In this document: positions 24,768 through 34,850 of the stretch, one piece after another | Position numbering within the stretch: the first letter of the stretch is position 1 | How the letters are laid out: the number at the start of each line of letters is the position of its first letter | Made by a program: the position numbers and the translations under genes | Notes under the pieces: generated by a model | Told to the model about the DNA's origin: nothing | Databases searched by the model: none | The model's input: only the letters and a program-made list of their open reading frames with translations | Assembly (NCBI GenBank): GCA_017453725.1 | Contig: JAFTEJ010000072.1 | Coordinates: forward strand, 1 to 36,289 | Direction of reading: 5' to 3' | Length of the DNA stretch: 36,289 bases | Source of the DNA: Clostridia bacterium | GTDB lineage: Bacteria; Bacillota; Clostridia; Oscillospirales; RGIG8002

Positions 24768-27700
24768 TCAAAACCGCGCCGCGGCACGCATTGTCAACAG
24801 CACGTCGGAAACCGTCAACCTGCCGTCGGAATCCATATCCATCCTCTCGACGGTGTCGATATCCGTGTTGGTGATACCGAGCGAAATGCGAAGCATCAGT
24901 ATCGCGTCGGTGATTCCCACCTGTCCGTCCCCGTCTATGTCGCCGCGAATCAGCTCCACGAACACGCAGGAGGCGTTCCCGGCGCAGAACGTCTCGGCGC
25001 AGCTTCCCTTTTCCCCGTAAATCTTCACGTTACGAGCCGCGAACGCGTCGTCGGCGCAGTAGGTCAAAGTCGACGGGAAGCGCAGCTTTTCGACCGGAGC
25101 CGTACCGAACGCGTCGGATTCAATCCGCTCGACCCCCTCGCGGAGGATAACCTCTCTCAGAGCGCGGGTGCTTCCGCAGATACCGCCAGGCACAGTCTTC
25201 ATACCGCTGCCGATAACGAGCTTGCGCAGACCGTGGCACCAGTCGAAGGCGTCTTCGCCGATAAATGTCACGGAATCGGGTATGACAAGCTCGGTAAGCT
25301 GCTTGCAGCCGTGGATCGATTCTCCGGCGATGTATTCGAGCCCATCCGGAAGTATAAGCTCTCGCAGCGACCAGAAATTGCGCAGCGCGTCCCTTTCAAT
25401 ACGCTTAAGGGTGGAGGGCAGCGTTAAGGTCATATTCCTGGCGTAGTTGCCCATATTGCCGAACGCCGCGACGCCTATCGTCGTCACTGGACAGCCGCCG
25501 AGCGTTTCGGGAACGACAATGTTTCTGTCGGTACCGCGGTAGCCGGTGACAGTCGCTTCCCCGTCAGAGATCGTATACAGGAAATCGCAGTCATATGAAG
25601 CTGATTCCGGTCCGGCTTCGCCGTCGACGCTCCAGCGGTGGAGCGCTTTCGGGAAGGTATATGTGGTCGCGTAAACGTATTCGCCGTCGGGCGAAAACTT
25701 CATTGAGAATACCTGCCCGTTTTGCTCGGTCATCGATGTAACGAGCGTGCGGCGGTAATTGCCGTCCGAGTCGTAAATCTTTATCCTGCCGTCGTAGCTC
25801 GCAACGGCGATCCTGTCACCGGACGGCGAGAACTCCGCGATAGCCGCCGTCTGCGAGAATCCGCCGAGGAGCTTCAGCAGCTCGCCGCTTTCGGCGTCGT
25901 AAAGGCGGGCGCAGTTATCGGCGGAGTTGACCAGCAGCTTTTTATCGTCAGCCGAGAAGCGAACGGAGGTCACGCTCGGCTTCTTCACGGTGTTCATTTT
26001 TTGTATGAGAGTTTTATCGGCGACGCTGAAGAGGTATATCTCGCCGCCCTCGTCCGTCACGGCAAGCATTGATGAATCGGACGAAAAGTCGACTCCGCGA
26101 ACCTGCGCGGCGCCGCAGTTCAGATGCGAGATCACGGAGAAGGTTTCGGTTTCGAGCAGAACGCATCTGCCGTCGAGCAGCGCGATCGCCAGCAGGCCCC
26201 CATCGTCCGAAAGCGCCATTCCCCTGCCCTCGCCGCCTATATCGGTCTCGTATTTCAGCGTGCCGGTCGAGACGTCGAACACGCGCATACAGTTAAGGCT
26301 GACAACGCTTCCGTCGAACTGGTTTCCGGCGCCGTTATGCGCCGCCCTCGCGGGCATATCGGCGGTTATGAGCCCGGTCCCGTCCTTCGTAAACAGCAGC
26401 TTGCTGTGGCAGACGGTGCCGTTGCATATACGCATCGGGGGCGCTTCGTAATCCGACGTATCGTAAATCAGTATCGTTCCGACAAAGTCGGCGACCGCGA
26501 GCTTCGAGCCGTCCGGCGAATACTCGATTGCGGAAAGGATATGCGACGGGAACGCAGTCATCATATGCTTCTGCAGACCGGTCGCGGCGTCTTCGATGAA
26601 AATGTAGCCCGTGCCGTCCGCAATCGCTATTTCGCTGCCGTCGGGAGAGAGCGCGAGCGGCATTTCGTTATCCCAGTCGTGCGAACGCGCAACAAGATCC
26701 GCCGCGGTGGAGGTATAGATCGTTTCCGGCGTCGTTTCGTCGGGAACGTAATCGCAGGCCGTTTCGCGCTTGCTGACGGTTATCCTGTCGATGTAATACA
26801 GATATTCTTCCGGGTAATCCTTGCCGGGAGTGAGCGTTCCGTCATTTTCACCCTGAATCCAGTTGTCGAGGATGATGAAATGCGGGTCGTCGCCGAAGGC
26901 GTACTTATCTTCGTTCGCTTTCGGATTGTGCGAGGCGTAAAGCATTCCGTCGAGGAACCAGCGCATCTGGTCGTTCTCCCATTCGAGCGCGAAGGTGTGG
27001 TAGTCTTCGCTGAACGGAACGCGGTTTTCGTTATAAAGCGTTCTGCCCTCCGACGTATGCGTTCCTCCGGTGGTAGTCCAGTGGCGCGTTCCGAAAAGGT
27101 ACGCGTCCGCGTCCGCCATCCCCTCGTTGCTTATCTCCATAACGTCGATCTCGCCGTTGCCGGCCCAGAGCGTCTCGTTCGCAAGAAGCCAAAGCGCCGG
27201 GAAGGTCCCGTAGCCGTGAGGAAGACGGGCTCGCATCTCGATCCTGCCGTAAGAGAAGGAATACTTGCCGGCGGTGTCGACCATTCCCGCGGCGGCTGCG
27301 TATCCGCCGTAGTCGCCTATATCGGCGCGGAGCACGAGGTTGCCGTCTTCGATATAAACGTGCTCGTCGTCGCCGACGTTTATAACAACGGCTTTATCGG
27401 TTTGCAGATGTCCGTCGGAGCGGTTCCACTTCGATTCGTCGAGCGTATCGAAATCGTCCGTCCAGTCGTCAATCCAGCCGGGCTCGCTTATACGCGCTAT
27501 CGTGAACTGCTTCGCTCCCGACGTTACGGCGGTCGAACGGACGCGGCGTCCGGAATAGGTGATAGCTCCGGCGTTTCTTATTACAAAGGTAAAGTATCCG
27601 TTTTTATACTGGATCGCCCACTCCTGCCTGAGGTTGTTCAAATCGACGTTGTCAGCGACGAGCTCGTTTGACGCGTTGGCGCTCCTTATGGTAAGAGCCG

Positions 27701-28031
27701 ACGCGCAGTATTTGTTTATTACCCTGTATCGGTTGTGAAGTGAAGGATCGCTGACAATCTGCCACTCCTGGTGCTTATCGCCGTCGACGGGATCGTCGAG
27801 AACAAGGGTCCCGTCCGGGTCTTTCTCCGCGTAGGTCAGCGCCCTGCCGTCGGCATCGTAGATTTTATAGTAGCAGTCCGGTGAAAAACCCGGCTCCGTA
27901 AGGACAGTTTCCTCATATCCGGTGTATCCCGCCCGTTCGACGCTTACCGTTTCGGCGGAAACAACGCCGGACGGAAGCAGTCCCGCGACGATAAACAGCG
28001 ATATTATTATTGCCGTCAGTTTCTTCATCAT
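24768..28031 (-). CDS. Secreted GH16 glycoside hydrolase: ricin-type, GH16, WD40 propeller, BspA-type leucine-rich repeats, dockerin
   Basis: Signal peptide; QEWQI/QEWAI; WTDDFD, FPALW, catalytic EIDVME (27135-27152); SPDG blades; LxIPDSVTFIGEDAF repeats; GDIDGDGQVGITDA...DMDSDGRLTVSD. Confidence 0.9.
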   Translation of the reverse strand: MMKKLTAIIISLFIVAGLLPSGVVSAETVSVERAGYTGYEETVLTEPGFSPDCYYKIYDADGRALTYAEKDPDGTLVLDDPVDGDKHQEWQIVSDPSLHNRYRVINKYCASALTIRSANASNELVADNVDLNNLRQEWAIQYKNGYFTFVIRNAGAITYSGRRVRSTAVTSGAKQFTIARISEPGWIDDWTDDFDTLDESKWNRSDGHLQTDKAVVINVGDDEHVYIEDGNLVLRADIGDYGGYAAAAGMVDTAGKYSFSYGRIEMRARLPHGYGTFPALWLLANETLWAGNGEIDVMEISNEGMADADAYLFGTRHWTTTGGTHTSEGRTLYNENRVPFSEDYHTFALEWENDQMRWFLDGMLYASHNPKANEDKYAFGDDPHFIILDNWIQGENDGTLTPGKDYPEEYLYYIDRITVSKRETACDYVPDETTPETIYTSTAADLVARSHDWDNEMPLALSPDGSEIAIADGTGYIFIEDAATGLQKHMMTAFPSHILSAIEYSPDGSKLAVADFVGTILIYDTSDYEAPPMRICNGTVCHSKLLFTKDGTGLITADMPARAAHNGAGNQFDGSVVSLNCMRVFDVSTGTLKYETDIGGEGRGMALSDDGGLLAIALLDGRCVLLETETFSVISHLNCGAAQVRGVDFSSDSSMLAVTDEGGEIYLFSVADKTLIQKMNTVKKPSVTSVRFSADDKKLLVNSADNCARLYDAESGELLKLLGGFSQTAAIAEFSPSGDRIAVASYDGRIKIYDSDGNYRRTLVTSMTEQNGQVFSMKFSPDGEYVYATTYTFPKALHRWSVDGEAGPESASYDCDFLYTISDGEATVTGYRGTDRNIVVPETLGGCPVTTIGVAAFGNMGNYARNMTLTLPSTLKRIERDALRNFWSLRELILPDGLEYIAGESIHGCKQLTELVIPDSVTFIGEDAFDWCHGLRKLVIGSGMKTVPGGICGSTRALREVILREGVERIESDAFGTAPVEKLRFPSTLTYCADDAFAARNVKIYGEKGSCAETFCAGNASCVFVELIRGDIDGDGQVGITDAILMLRISLGITNTDIDTVERMDMDSDGRLTVSDVLLTMRAAARF

Positions 28032-28065
28032 TGATTTCCTCTTTATCAGACGCGGTCCGCCGCAT

Positions 28066-30513
28066 CTATTCCGGATTTATCTCCGCGGTGACCGAAACGC
28101 CCGAAAACGCCCTGCTTCTGTTTATCGTCACAAGCAGGTCGCCCAGGAATGCGCGGAAACGTTTTCCGTCGCGGCATTTCAGCATCAGGCGGAGCTTATG
28201 CCGTGAGGAAAACTTTGTTATCAGCTCCCGGTTCGGGCACATAACGCGGATCGGAAGCTGCGGATACCTTGATTTTATCATCGAGCAGATGAGCTCGTAT
28301 AACTGTCGCGATGCCCGCTCGCAGAGCTCCTCGCCCGCGGCGCTGACATTCAGCACGCACATATCGCAGAACGGCGGATAAAGCATCTGCTTGCGTATCA
28401 GTATTTCGTCTTCGTAAAACGCCTTATAGTCCTGCCCGGCGCCGAGCTTAAGGATCGGGTGGTTAGGAGCGTAGGTCTGAACGACCGCTCTGCCCGCCTT
28501 ATGCCTGCCGGACCTACCGATGACCTGCGTCATCATGGAGAACGTGCGTTCGTCGGCGCGGAAGTCGGTGTCGAACAGCGAAGCGTCCGCGGAAAGAACT
28601 CCGACGAGCGTTACGTTCTCAAAGTCCAGCCCCTTGGCGACCATCTGCGTACCGAGAAGTATGTCGTATTTGCCCTTCCCGAAGGCCGAAAGCATGCGCG
28701 AGTGCGATTCCTTCGAGGAGGTCGTGTCCAGGTCCATACGCAGCACGCGGACGCCGGGAAGCGCCGCTTCCAGCTCTTCAACCGCCTTCTGGGTGCCGGA
28801 ACCGCGATAATGCACCGTCGCCGTTCCGCAGGTCGGACAGACCTCCGTATATTCCTTCGACGCTCCGCAATAGTGGCACATCAGGCGCTTGTTCGCGCTG
28901 TGATATGTCAGCGGAATGTCGCAGTTATCGCATTTGAGCGCCTCTCCGCACTCGGAGCAGACGCCTGCTGTATTGTATCCCCGCCTATTGAGCAGAATTA
29001 TGGACTGCTCGCCCTTTTCGGCGTTCGCCTGAAGCTCGCCGAGCAGCAGCCGGCTTATGCAGGTCGCGTTGCCGTCAGCCGCTTCGCCGCGCATATCCGC
29101 CATATAGACTCCGGGAAGCCGGTTATCGCCGTAGCGTTCGTCCAGCTCAAAGAGCGAGTATCTGCCGGTCTTCGCGTGGTAATAGGACGAAACCGACGGA
29201 GTAGCGGACGCAAGCAGGAGCAGCGCGTTGTTCCCGGCGGCCAGGAATTTCGCAACGGATTGCGCGTGGTATCTCGGCGATTGCTCGGAATAATATGAGG
29301 AAACCTGTTCCTCGTCGATTATTATGAGTCCGATGTTTTTCAGCGGAGCAAAAATCGCGGAACGCGTTCCGACGGCAATCTTCGCGGCGCCGGATTCGAG
29401 TCTGCGGTATTCGTCCATACGCTCGCCGACGCTCAGCGCGGAATGTATGACCGCGACGATGTCGCCAAACGCGGCGCGGAAGCGCCGAACGGCCTGCGGC
29501 GTAAGCGTTATCTCCGGAACGAGCATTATCACGTCCCTGCCGTCGGCGACCGCCTTTTTCGCAAGCTCGATGTAGATGCCGGTCTTGCCGCTGCCGGTAA
29601 CGCCTCTCAAAAGCGCGCATTTAGGCTCGTCCGCTTCATAAAGCGCCGCGAGCCCGTCATAGACCTCACGCTGTCTTTCGGTCAGAACGAACTTTTCGCC
29701 GGTCTTCTGCGATTTTTCGGGAGTGCGGTCTATCCGCTCGCGGTAGACGGCGATCAACCCCTTCTTTTCAAGGGTTTTCAGCACGCCCTGAGTGACGCCG
29801 GTGTAGTAGCAGACGTCCTTCAGCGTCGCGGAGCCGTTTTCCAGCAGAAAACGGACGACGCTTTTGCCCTGTTCGGACAGTAGCTTCGTGAGCAGAAGCT
29901 CCTCCGCCTCGTCGGGCGAAACCCGCAGGCGGCAGCTGCTTCTTACGGCGTCGGCTCCGAGCCGCTTTGAAGCGGTCTCGCGGAGGATTATCCCCTCCTC
30001 GCAGAGCAGGTTAAGCGCCGCGACGTCGTGGAACACCCCTGCCTTCGATACGAACGCGGCGACGGAAACCGGCTTTTTCGCGGCGGCGATGATGTCGTAA
30101 ATAGACCGTTCCTCGTCGCTCATAACGTGGTCCCCGTCATAGGATTCGTTCACGGAGTACGCGTCGTACAGCCTGTAGTTGAGCCCTGCGGGAAGTATCG
30201 CGCGGACGGCGTCGAAAAAAGTGCAGAAGGTGGTTTCCTTCAGATAGCGCACCAGCTCGAGCTGCGCGTCGGACAGTATCGGCGAAGCGTCAAGAAGCGC
30301 AGTAAGCGGCTTTATCTTCGCCACGTCCGAGGAGTCGGACACCTCCATTATGATACCCTGACGCTTGCCGCTCGATCTGCCGAACGGCACGATCACGCGG
30401 CATCCAACGTCGGCGCTGTCCGCTATTTTCGGCGGCACGCGGTAGTCATACAGCTTATCCATGCCGAACGTCGCGCCGTCGACTGCAACTTTCGCAAACT
30501 TCAGGCTATCCAA
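28066..30513 (-). CDS. priA: Primosomal protein N'
   Basis: GVTGSGKT, VPEITLTPQ, DEEQ, SATPS, CxxC zinc motifs, GTQMVAKGLDF; likely TTG start at 30513, which avoids overlap with rpoZ. Confidence 0.96.
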   Translation of the reverse strand: MDSLKFAKVAVDGATFGMDKLYDYRVPPKIADSADVGCRVIVPFGRSSGKRQGIIMEVSDSSDVAKIKPLTALLDASPILSDAQLELVRYLKETTFCTFFDAVRAILPAGLNYRLYDAYSVNESYDGDHVMSDEERSIYDIIAAAKKPVSVAAFVSKAGVFHDVAALNLLCEEGIILRETASKRLGADAVRSSCRLRVSPDEAEELLLTKLLSEQGKSVVRFLLENGSATLKDVCYYTGVTQGVLKTLEKKGLIAVYRERIDRTPEKSQKTGEKFVLTERQREVYDGLAALYEADEPKCALLRGVTGSGKTGIYIELAKKAVADGRDVIMLVPEITLTPQAVRRFRAAFGDIVAVIHSALSVGERMDEYRRLESGAAKIAVGTRSAIFAPLKNIGLIIIDEEQVSSYYSEQSPRYHAQSVAKFLAAGNNALLLLASATPSVSSYYHAKTGRYSLFELDERYGDNRLPGVYMADMRGEAADGNATCISRLLLGELQANAEKGEQSIILLNRRGYNTAGVCSECGEALKCDNCDIPLTYHSANKRLMCHYCGASKEYTEVCPTCGTATVHYRGSGTQKAVEELEAALPGVRVLRMDLDTTSSKESHSRMLSAFGKGKYDILLGTQMVAKGLDFENVTLVGVLSADASLFDTDFRADERTFSMMTQVIGRSGRHKAGRAVVQTYAPNHPILKLGAGQDYKAFYEDEILIRKQMLYPPFCDMCVLNVSAAGEELCERASRQLYELICSMIKSRYPQLPIRVMCPNRELITKFSSRHKLRLMLKCRDGKRFRAFLGDLLVTINRSRAFSGVSVTAEINPE

Positions 30514-30526
30514 GGCGTTCTCCCGT

Positions 30527-30718
30527 TCAGTGCTTGATCTTGGTCTTGCCGTCGGCAAAGTCTCTGACGGCGATCATCATGGGGCTTTCTTCGAGGACTT
30601 CTTCCTTGTCCTTCGCCTCGCTGGCGATCTCGCGGGCGCGTTTCGCCGCCGCGATAACGATGGAATAGGCGTTGTCGCCCTCCTTCGTCAGTTCACCGAT
30701 TGCCGGATGAAGCATCAT
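30527..30718 (-). CDS. rpoZ: RNA polymerase omega subunit
   Basis: YSIVIAAAKRAREI; lies directly after gmk. Confidence 0.93.
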   Translation of the reverse strand: MMLHPAIGELTKEGDNAYSIVIAAAKRAREIASEAKDKEEVLEESPMMIAVRDFADGKTKIKH

Positions 30719-30759
30719 AATTTTCTCCTTCTTTCTTTGAATGTTGTATTTGAATAATA

Positions 30760-31338
30760 CTATTCCGCTTTCGCACGGGCGGACTCTATAGCCGCGCCCA
30801 GATCCGCCGCCGCCTGTTCAACTGTGTCGCTGACGACGACGTAGTCATATTCGTTTGCGCGTTCCATCTCGACGGCGGCTCTCGCCATACGCCGATCGAT
30901 GACTTCGGCGGTTTCGGTCCCCCTGCCTTCGAGCCGGCCGCGCAGCACCTCCATCGACGGCGGCTTGAGGAATATCAGCACCGCTTCCGGATAACGCTCC
31001 CTGACCTGAAAAGCGCCGTCGATCTCGATATCGAAGACGACGTCTTTCCCCTTCTTTATCGCGGAAAGCACCGGCTTGAGCGGCGTTCCGTAATAATTGT
31101 CGTTATAGACCGTATGCTCGAGCAGTTGTCCCTTCGCAAGCATTGTCTCGAACTTCCGGCGGGTAACGAAATAGTAGTCGACGCCGTCACGCTCGCCGGG
31201 GCGCGGCGCGCGCGTCGTCGCGGAAACGGAAAACACGCAGTCGCTCCGATCTTTCATATACTCGGCGAGTATGGTGCTCTTGCCGCAGCCGGACGGACCG
31301 GAAAAAACAACGAGCAGGCCGTTTTTATTATTCCTCAT
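30760..31338 (-). CDS. gmk: Guanylate kinase
   Basis: SGPSGCGKST, SATTRAPRPGERDGVDYYF, YYGT, RLEGRGTE. Confidence 0.97.
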   Translation of the reverse strand: MRNNKNGLLVVFSGPSGCGKSTILAEYMKDRSDCVFSVSATTRAPRPGERDGVDYYFVTRRKFETMLAKGQLLEHTVYNDNYYGTPLKPVLSAIKKGKDVVFDIEIDGAFQVRERYPEAVLIFLKPPSMEVLRGRLEGRGTETAEVIDRRMARAAVEMERANEYDYVVVSDTVEQAAADLGAAIESARAKAE

Positions 31339-31585
31339 TGCCCTCTTCTTCCTCCATACTTATCCTCGCGGCGATTGTTTCCGGCGCGACCGCCGACAGA
31401 ACGCCGTGCTCGGAATCGGTGACGACGACCGACTTGGTGCGCCTGCCGCAGGTGGCGTCGATGAGCAGTCCTTTTTCACGCGCTTCGGCGACGAGCCGCC
31501 GCGTCGGCGCGGAGACGCCGCCGAGCACCGCGACTACGCGGTCAGCGGCGAGCATATTGCCGTATCCGATGCTGATAAGTCTCAT
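31328..31585 (-). CDS. remA: RemA (DUF370) family regulator
   Basis: LISIGYGN, LIDATCGRRTKSV, LSAVAPETIAAR; conserved position between yicC and gmk. Confidence 0.92.
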   Translation of the reverse strand: MRLISIGYGNMLAADRVVAVLGGVSAPTRRLVAEAREKGLLIDATCGRRTKSVVVTDSEHGVLSAVAPETIAARISMEEEEGNEE

Positions 31586-31601
31586 TCGGAAAACCTCCGG
31601 T

Positions 31602-32486
31602 TTATTCTATATTCTGTATCTGCTCTCTGATCTTCTCGATTTCGGCCTTCACGTCGATGACGATACCGGTTATCTCCATATCGCTGCACTTGGAGCCGAT
31701 CGTGTTGATCTCCCTGTTCATTTCCTGAACGATGAAGTCGAGCCGCTTGCCGACCGGCTCGCCGCCCGACGCCTTCATCGCGGAGCCGAACTGCGCTATG
31801 TGGCTGCGCAGACGGACGATTTCTTCCGTGACGTTGGTCTTGTCGGAGAAGACAGCCGCTTCGGTAAGCAGTCTGCCCTCGTCGGGCTGGACGCTCTCGA
31901 GCAGTTCCTTTATGCGGCGTGAAAGACGCTCGTAGTATTCGCGGTTCAGTTCCGGAGCGCGCGCCTCGATCCTGTCGACAAAGCCGGAGATCAGCGCGAG
32001 CCGTCCGACGATGTCCTCCGCGAGCTTGGCGCCCTCGGTGCGGCGCATTTCGTTATAGACGTCAAGCGCCTGACCGACGACGGCGAACACGTCCGCGGAA
32101 AGCGCGTCCGCATCCTCCTCGGCGTCGTCGACGATGAAGACGTCCGGGAAGCGCGAGACCGCCGTGGCGGAAATGTCGTCGCGCAGCCCGTGCTTCGCGA
32201 TCATTTCCTTGAGCGCGGCAAGGTAGCTTTCGAGCAGTCCGTCGTTAAGGCGGACGCGCGCAAGGCTACCCTCGCTCTGGCGCACGGTGAGATACGCTTC
32301 TATCTTGCCGCGCGATATGCGCTCGCGCACAAGCTTTTTCAGCGGGTCCTCAAGGAAGCCGTACAGCTTCGGGATCCTGCTGTTGAACTCAAAATATCTG
32401 TGGTTGACGGAGCGGATCTCAAAAACGATCTCGCGTCCGTTCACGGAGGCCTCGGCTCTGCCGAAGCCCGTCATACTCAATACCAT
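31602..32486 (-). CDS. yicC: YicC/YloC family endoribonuclease
   Basis: SMTGFGR, RSVNHRY, RGKI, GKRLDFIVQEMNREINTIGSK, EKIREQIQNIE. Confidence 0.96.
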   Translation of the reverse strand: MVLSMTGFGRAEASVNGREIVFEIRSVNHRYFEFNSRIPKLYGFLEDPLKKLVRERISRGKIEAYLTVRQSEGSLARVRLNDGLLESYLAALKEMIAKHGLRDDISATAVSRFPDVFIVDDAEEDADALSADVFAVVGQALDVYNEMRRTEGAKLAEDIVGRLALISGFVDRIEARAPELNREYYERLSRRIKELLESVQPDEGRLLTEAAVFSDKTNVTEEIVRLRSHIAQFGSAMKASGGEPVGKRLDFIVQEMNREINTIGSKCSDMEITGIVIDVKAEIEKIREQIQNIE

Positions 32487-32558
32487 TCTGTATTATTCAC
32501 TCCTTTGGAATTCCGACGACCATAAACCGGCACAGTAATCCATAATATGAGTAATATA

Positions 32559-32586
32559 ATTATAGCACATTTTAAAGAATTATCAA
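32559..32586 (-). promoter_or_regulatory. Probable promoter of the yicC...pknB operon, TTGATA-N16-TATAAT (TG-extended)
   Basis: Minus strand TTGATA (32586-32581), 16 bp ending TGC, TATAAT (32564-32559). Confidence 0.6.
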
Positions 32587-32609
32587 GTCTTTTCTTATGA
32601 ATTATTGCG

Positions 32610-32641
32610 AAAAGCGCCCTTCCGAGCGTGCGGAAGGGCGC
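32610..32641 (-). terminator. Rho-independent terminator after rlmH
   Basis: Minus strand GCGCCCTTCCG-CACGCT-CGGAAGGGCGC-TTTT. Confidence 0.85.
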
Positions 32642-32662
32642 GTATAAGGCTGTGCCGAAGCA

Positions 32663-33142
32663 TTATTTATGGTATTTCGCGCCGGCGGAAATAGAAAAGG
32701 CACGGTATATCTGCTCAAGCAGCATCACGCGGAAAAGCTGATGCGGAAAGGTCATCTTCGATACCGAAAGCCGCGCGTCGGCGCTCCGTTTAACGTTCTC
32801 CGATATGCCGTGAGAGCTGCCGACGACAAAGGCGATCTTTCCCTTCCCTTCGGCGGAAAGGCGGTCTAGCGCGCGCGAAAGCTCCTCCGAGCTTTTCTGT
32901 TCGCCCTCAACGCACATGGCGACGACGTAACACCCCACGCACGCTTTGGCTATCGCCTCGCCCTCTTTTTCAAGCGCGGCGGCGATCTGCGCTTCAGACG
33001 GGTTTTCCGGCAGACTGTGCTCGGCGAGCTCCGCCACCGTAAGACGGCAGTAGCGCGAAAGCCGCTTGACGTATTCGGCGCAGGCGGCGGAAAGCCAGCT
33101 TTCCTTCAATTTGCCCACGCAGACGAGCTTGACGCTTATCAA
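32663..33142 (-). CDS. rlmH: 23S rRNA pseudouridine-1915 N3-methyltransferase
   Basis: VGKLKE, FVVGSSHG, SKMTFPHQLFRVMLLEQIYRA, KYHK; 4-bp overlap with pncB. Confidence 0.97.
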   Translation of the reverse strand: MISVKLVCVGKLKESWLSAACAEYVKRLSRYCRLTVAELAEHSLPENPSEAQIAAALEKEGEAIAKACVGCYVVAMCVEGEQKSSEELSRALDRLSAEGKGKIAFVVGSSHGISENVKRSADARLSVSKMTFPHQLFRVMLLEQIYRAFSISAGAKYHK

Positions 33143-34590
33143 ATGTTATACTGCTCCTTTTCCAGAATATCATGCTTGATGTCCCAAATGCGCTGCGACA
33201 GGTCGACGTAGTAGTTATGGGGGTTCTCGAAGCGGGTGACCTCGCCCCAGAGGGTGTCGATCTGCTCGGCGCAATACTTCTTTATGCTGTTGATGTCCGG
33301 AAGCTTATAGACCAGCCTGCCGCCGTCGAATATACGCTCGGTTATGAGTCTCGCCCTGAAGTTCGTGACGATCTTGCGCTTCCAGGTGAAGTCGGGGTCG
33401 AAGATCTCGTACGGCTGCGTATCGTCGATCGTTTCGTCGTAAGCCGTCACGACGTCGGCGATCGCCTTGCCGGTGTCGCGCTCATATAGGCGGTAGACTT
33501 TCTTGAAGTAAGGCGTGGTGATCTTCTGCGGATTCTCGCTTATCTTTATTTTCGGGACTATCTCGCCGTTTTCCTCGACCGCGCAGAGCTTGTAAACGCC
33601 GCCGAATACAGGCTCCGTCTCGCTTGTCACAAGGCGTTCGCCGACGCCGAAGAAGTCTATCTTAGCTCCCTGCATAAGGGTATCGCGTATTATGCGCTCG
33701 TCGAGGGAGTTGCTGACGACGATTTTGCAGTCGGGGTATCCCGCCGCGTCAAGCCGCTGACGTATCTTTTTCGTCAGGTAGGCGATGTCGCCGGAGTCGA
33801 TGCGCACACCGAGCGGGCGCTTACCCATCGGGACGAGGACGTTATCGAACGCCTTTATCGCGTTCGGCAGTCCGCTTTTCAGCACGTTATAGGTATCGAT
33901 GAGCAGCACGCAGGCGTCGGGGTAGGTCTCCGCGTATGCGGCGAAGGCTTCGTATTCGCTGCCGAACATCTGCACCCAAGAATGCGCCATAGTGCCGGAG
34001 CAAGGTATATCGAACTGCTGCGCCGCCATCACGTTCGAGGTGTTCGCGCATCCGGCGATGTAAGCGGAACGCGCCGCGAAAAGCGCACTGCTCGTGCCGT
34101 GGGCGCGGCGCGCGCCGAACTCGCTGACGGCTCTGCCGTCGGCGGCGCGGACGATGCGGTTCGCCTTCGTCGCGATGAGCGACTGGTGGTTTACGAGCAG
34201 CAGCAGCGCGGTTTCAAGAAGCTGCGCCTGCGCGACCGGGCCGCGCACCGTCACGAGCGGTTCGCCCGGGAAGACCGGAGTCCCCTCCGGTATCGCCCAG
34301 ACGTCGCAGACAAACTTGAAGTCGCGCAGATACTCGAGGAACTCCGCGGAAAAAATATTCTGACCGCGCAGGTAGTCTATATCTTCGCCGGTAAAGCGCA
34401 GATTGGAGATATAGTCCACTACAGACTCCAGCCCCGCGCAGACCGCGAAGCCGCCGCCGTCGGGTATCCTGCGGAAGAACGCGTCAAAATACGCGGTCTT
34501 TTCGCCGAAGTACTTGAGGTATCCGTTCCCCATCGTCATCTCGTAAAAGTCCGTGAGCATAGAGATATTTGGCATTCTGTCGTTATTCAT
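33139..34590 (-). CDS. pncB: Nicotinate phosphoribosyltransferase
   Basis: LTDFYEMTM, EFGARRAH, GTMAHSW, LIDTY, VRIDSGD, GGVYKL. Confidence 0.96.
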   Translation of the reverse strand: MNNDRMPNISMLTDFYEMTMGNGYLKYFGEKTAYFDAFFRRIPDGGGFAVCAGLESVVDYISNLRFTGEDIDYLRGQNIFSAEFLEYLRDFKFVCDVWAIPEGTPVFPGEPLVTVRGPVAQAQLLETALLLLVNHQSLIATKANRIVRAADGRAVSEFGARRAHGTSSALFAARSAYIAGCANTSNVMAAQQFDIPCSGTMAHSWVQMFGSEYEAFAAYAETYPDACVLLIDTYNVLKSGLPNAIKAFDNVLVPMGKRPLGVRIDSGDIAYLTKKIRQRLDAAGYPDCKIVVSNSLDERIIRDTLMQGAKIDFFGVGERLVTSETEPVFGGVYKLCAVEENGEIVPKIKISENPQKITTPYFKKVYRLYERDTGKAIADVVTAYDETIDDTQPYEIFDPDFTWKRKIVTNFRARLITERIFDGGRLVYKLPDINSIKKYCAEQIDTLWGEVTRFENPHNYYVDLSQRIWDIKHDILEKEQYNI

Positions 34591-34613
34591 AACGCCGCCT
34601 CCTGTTCAATACT

Positions 34614-34642
34614 ATTTTAACCCCTCGGCGGCATAATTGCAA
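34614..34642 (-). promoter_or_regulatory. Probable promoter of pncB-rlmH, TTGCAA-N17-TAAAAT
   Basis: Minus strand TTGCAA (34642-34637), 17 bp, TAAAAT (34619-34614), followed by SD AGGAGG. Confidence 0.65.
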
Positions 34643-34742
34643 GACATTATTTATCCAACCGAAAAATTGCATAAATAATCATATGCTCTGTGGAGAAAAA
34701 AGCGCAATAACACGATTCCGTCAGCCGCGTGCGAAAAAAGTA

Positions 34743-34771
34743 TTGACAAATACCGCGCCTGATTCTATAAT
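34743..34771 (+). promoter_or_regulatory. Consensus sigmaA promoter of asnA, TTGACA-N17-TATAAT
   Basis: TTGACA 34743-34748 and TATAAT 34766-34771, 80 bp upstream of the asnA ATG. Confidence 0.9.
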
Positions 34772-34850
34772 CCAGAATATACAAAAATATAATGGCGGAT
34801 TGTTTTGAGTCCGCCGCTGACACCGAAGCACACGAAAAGGAGCAAAGAAA

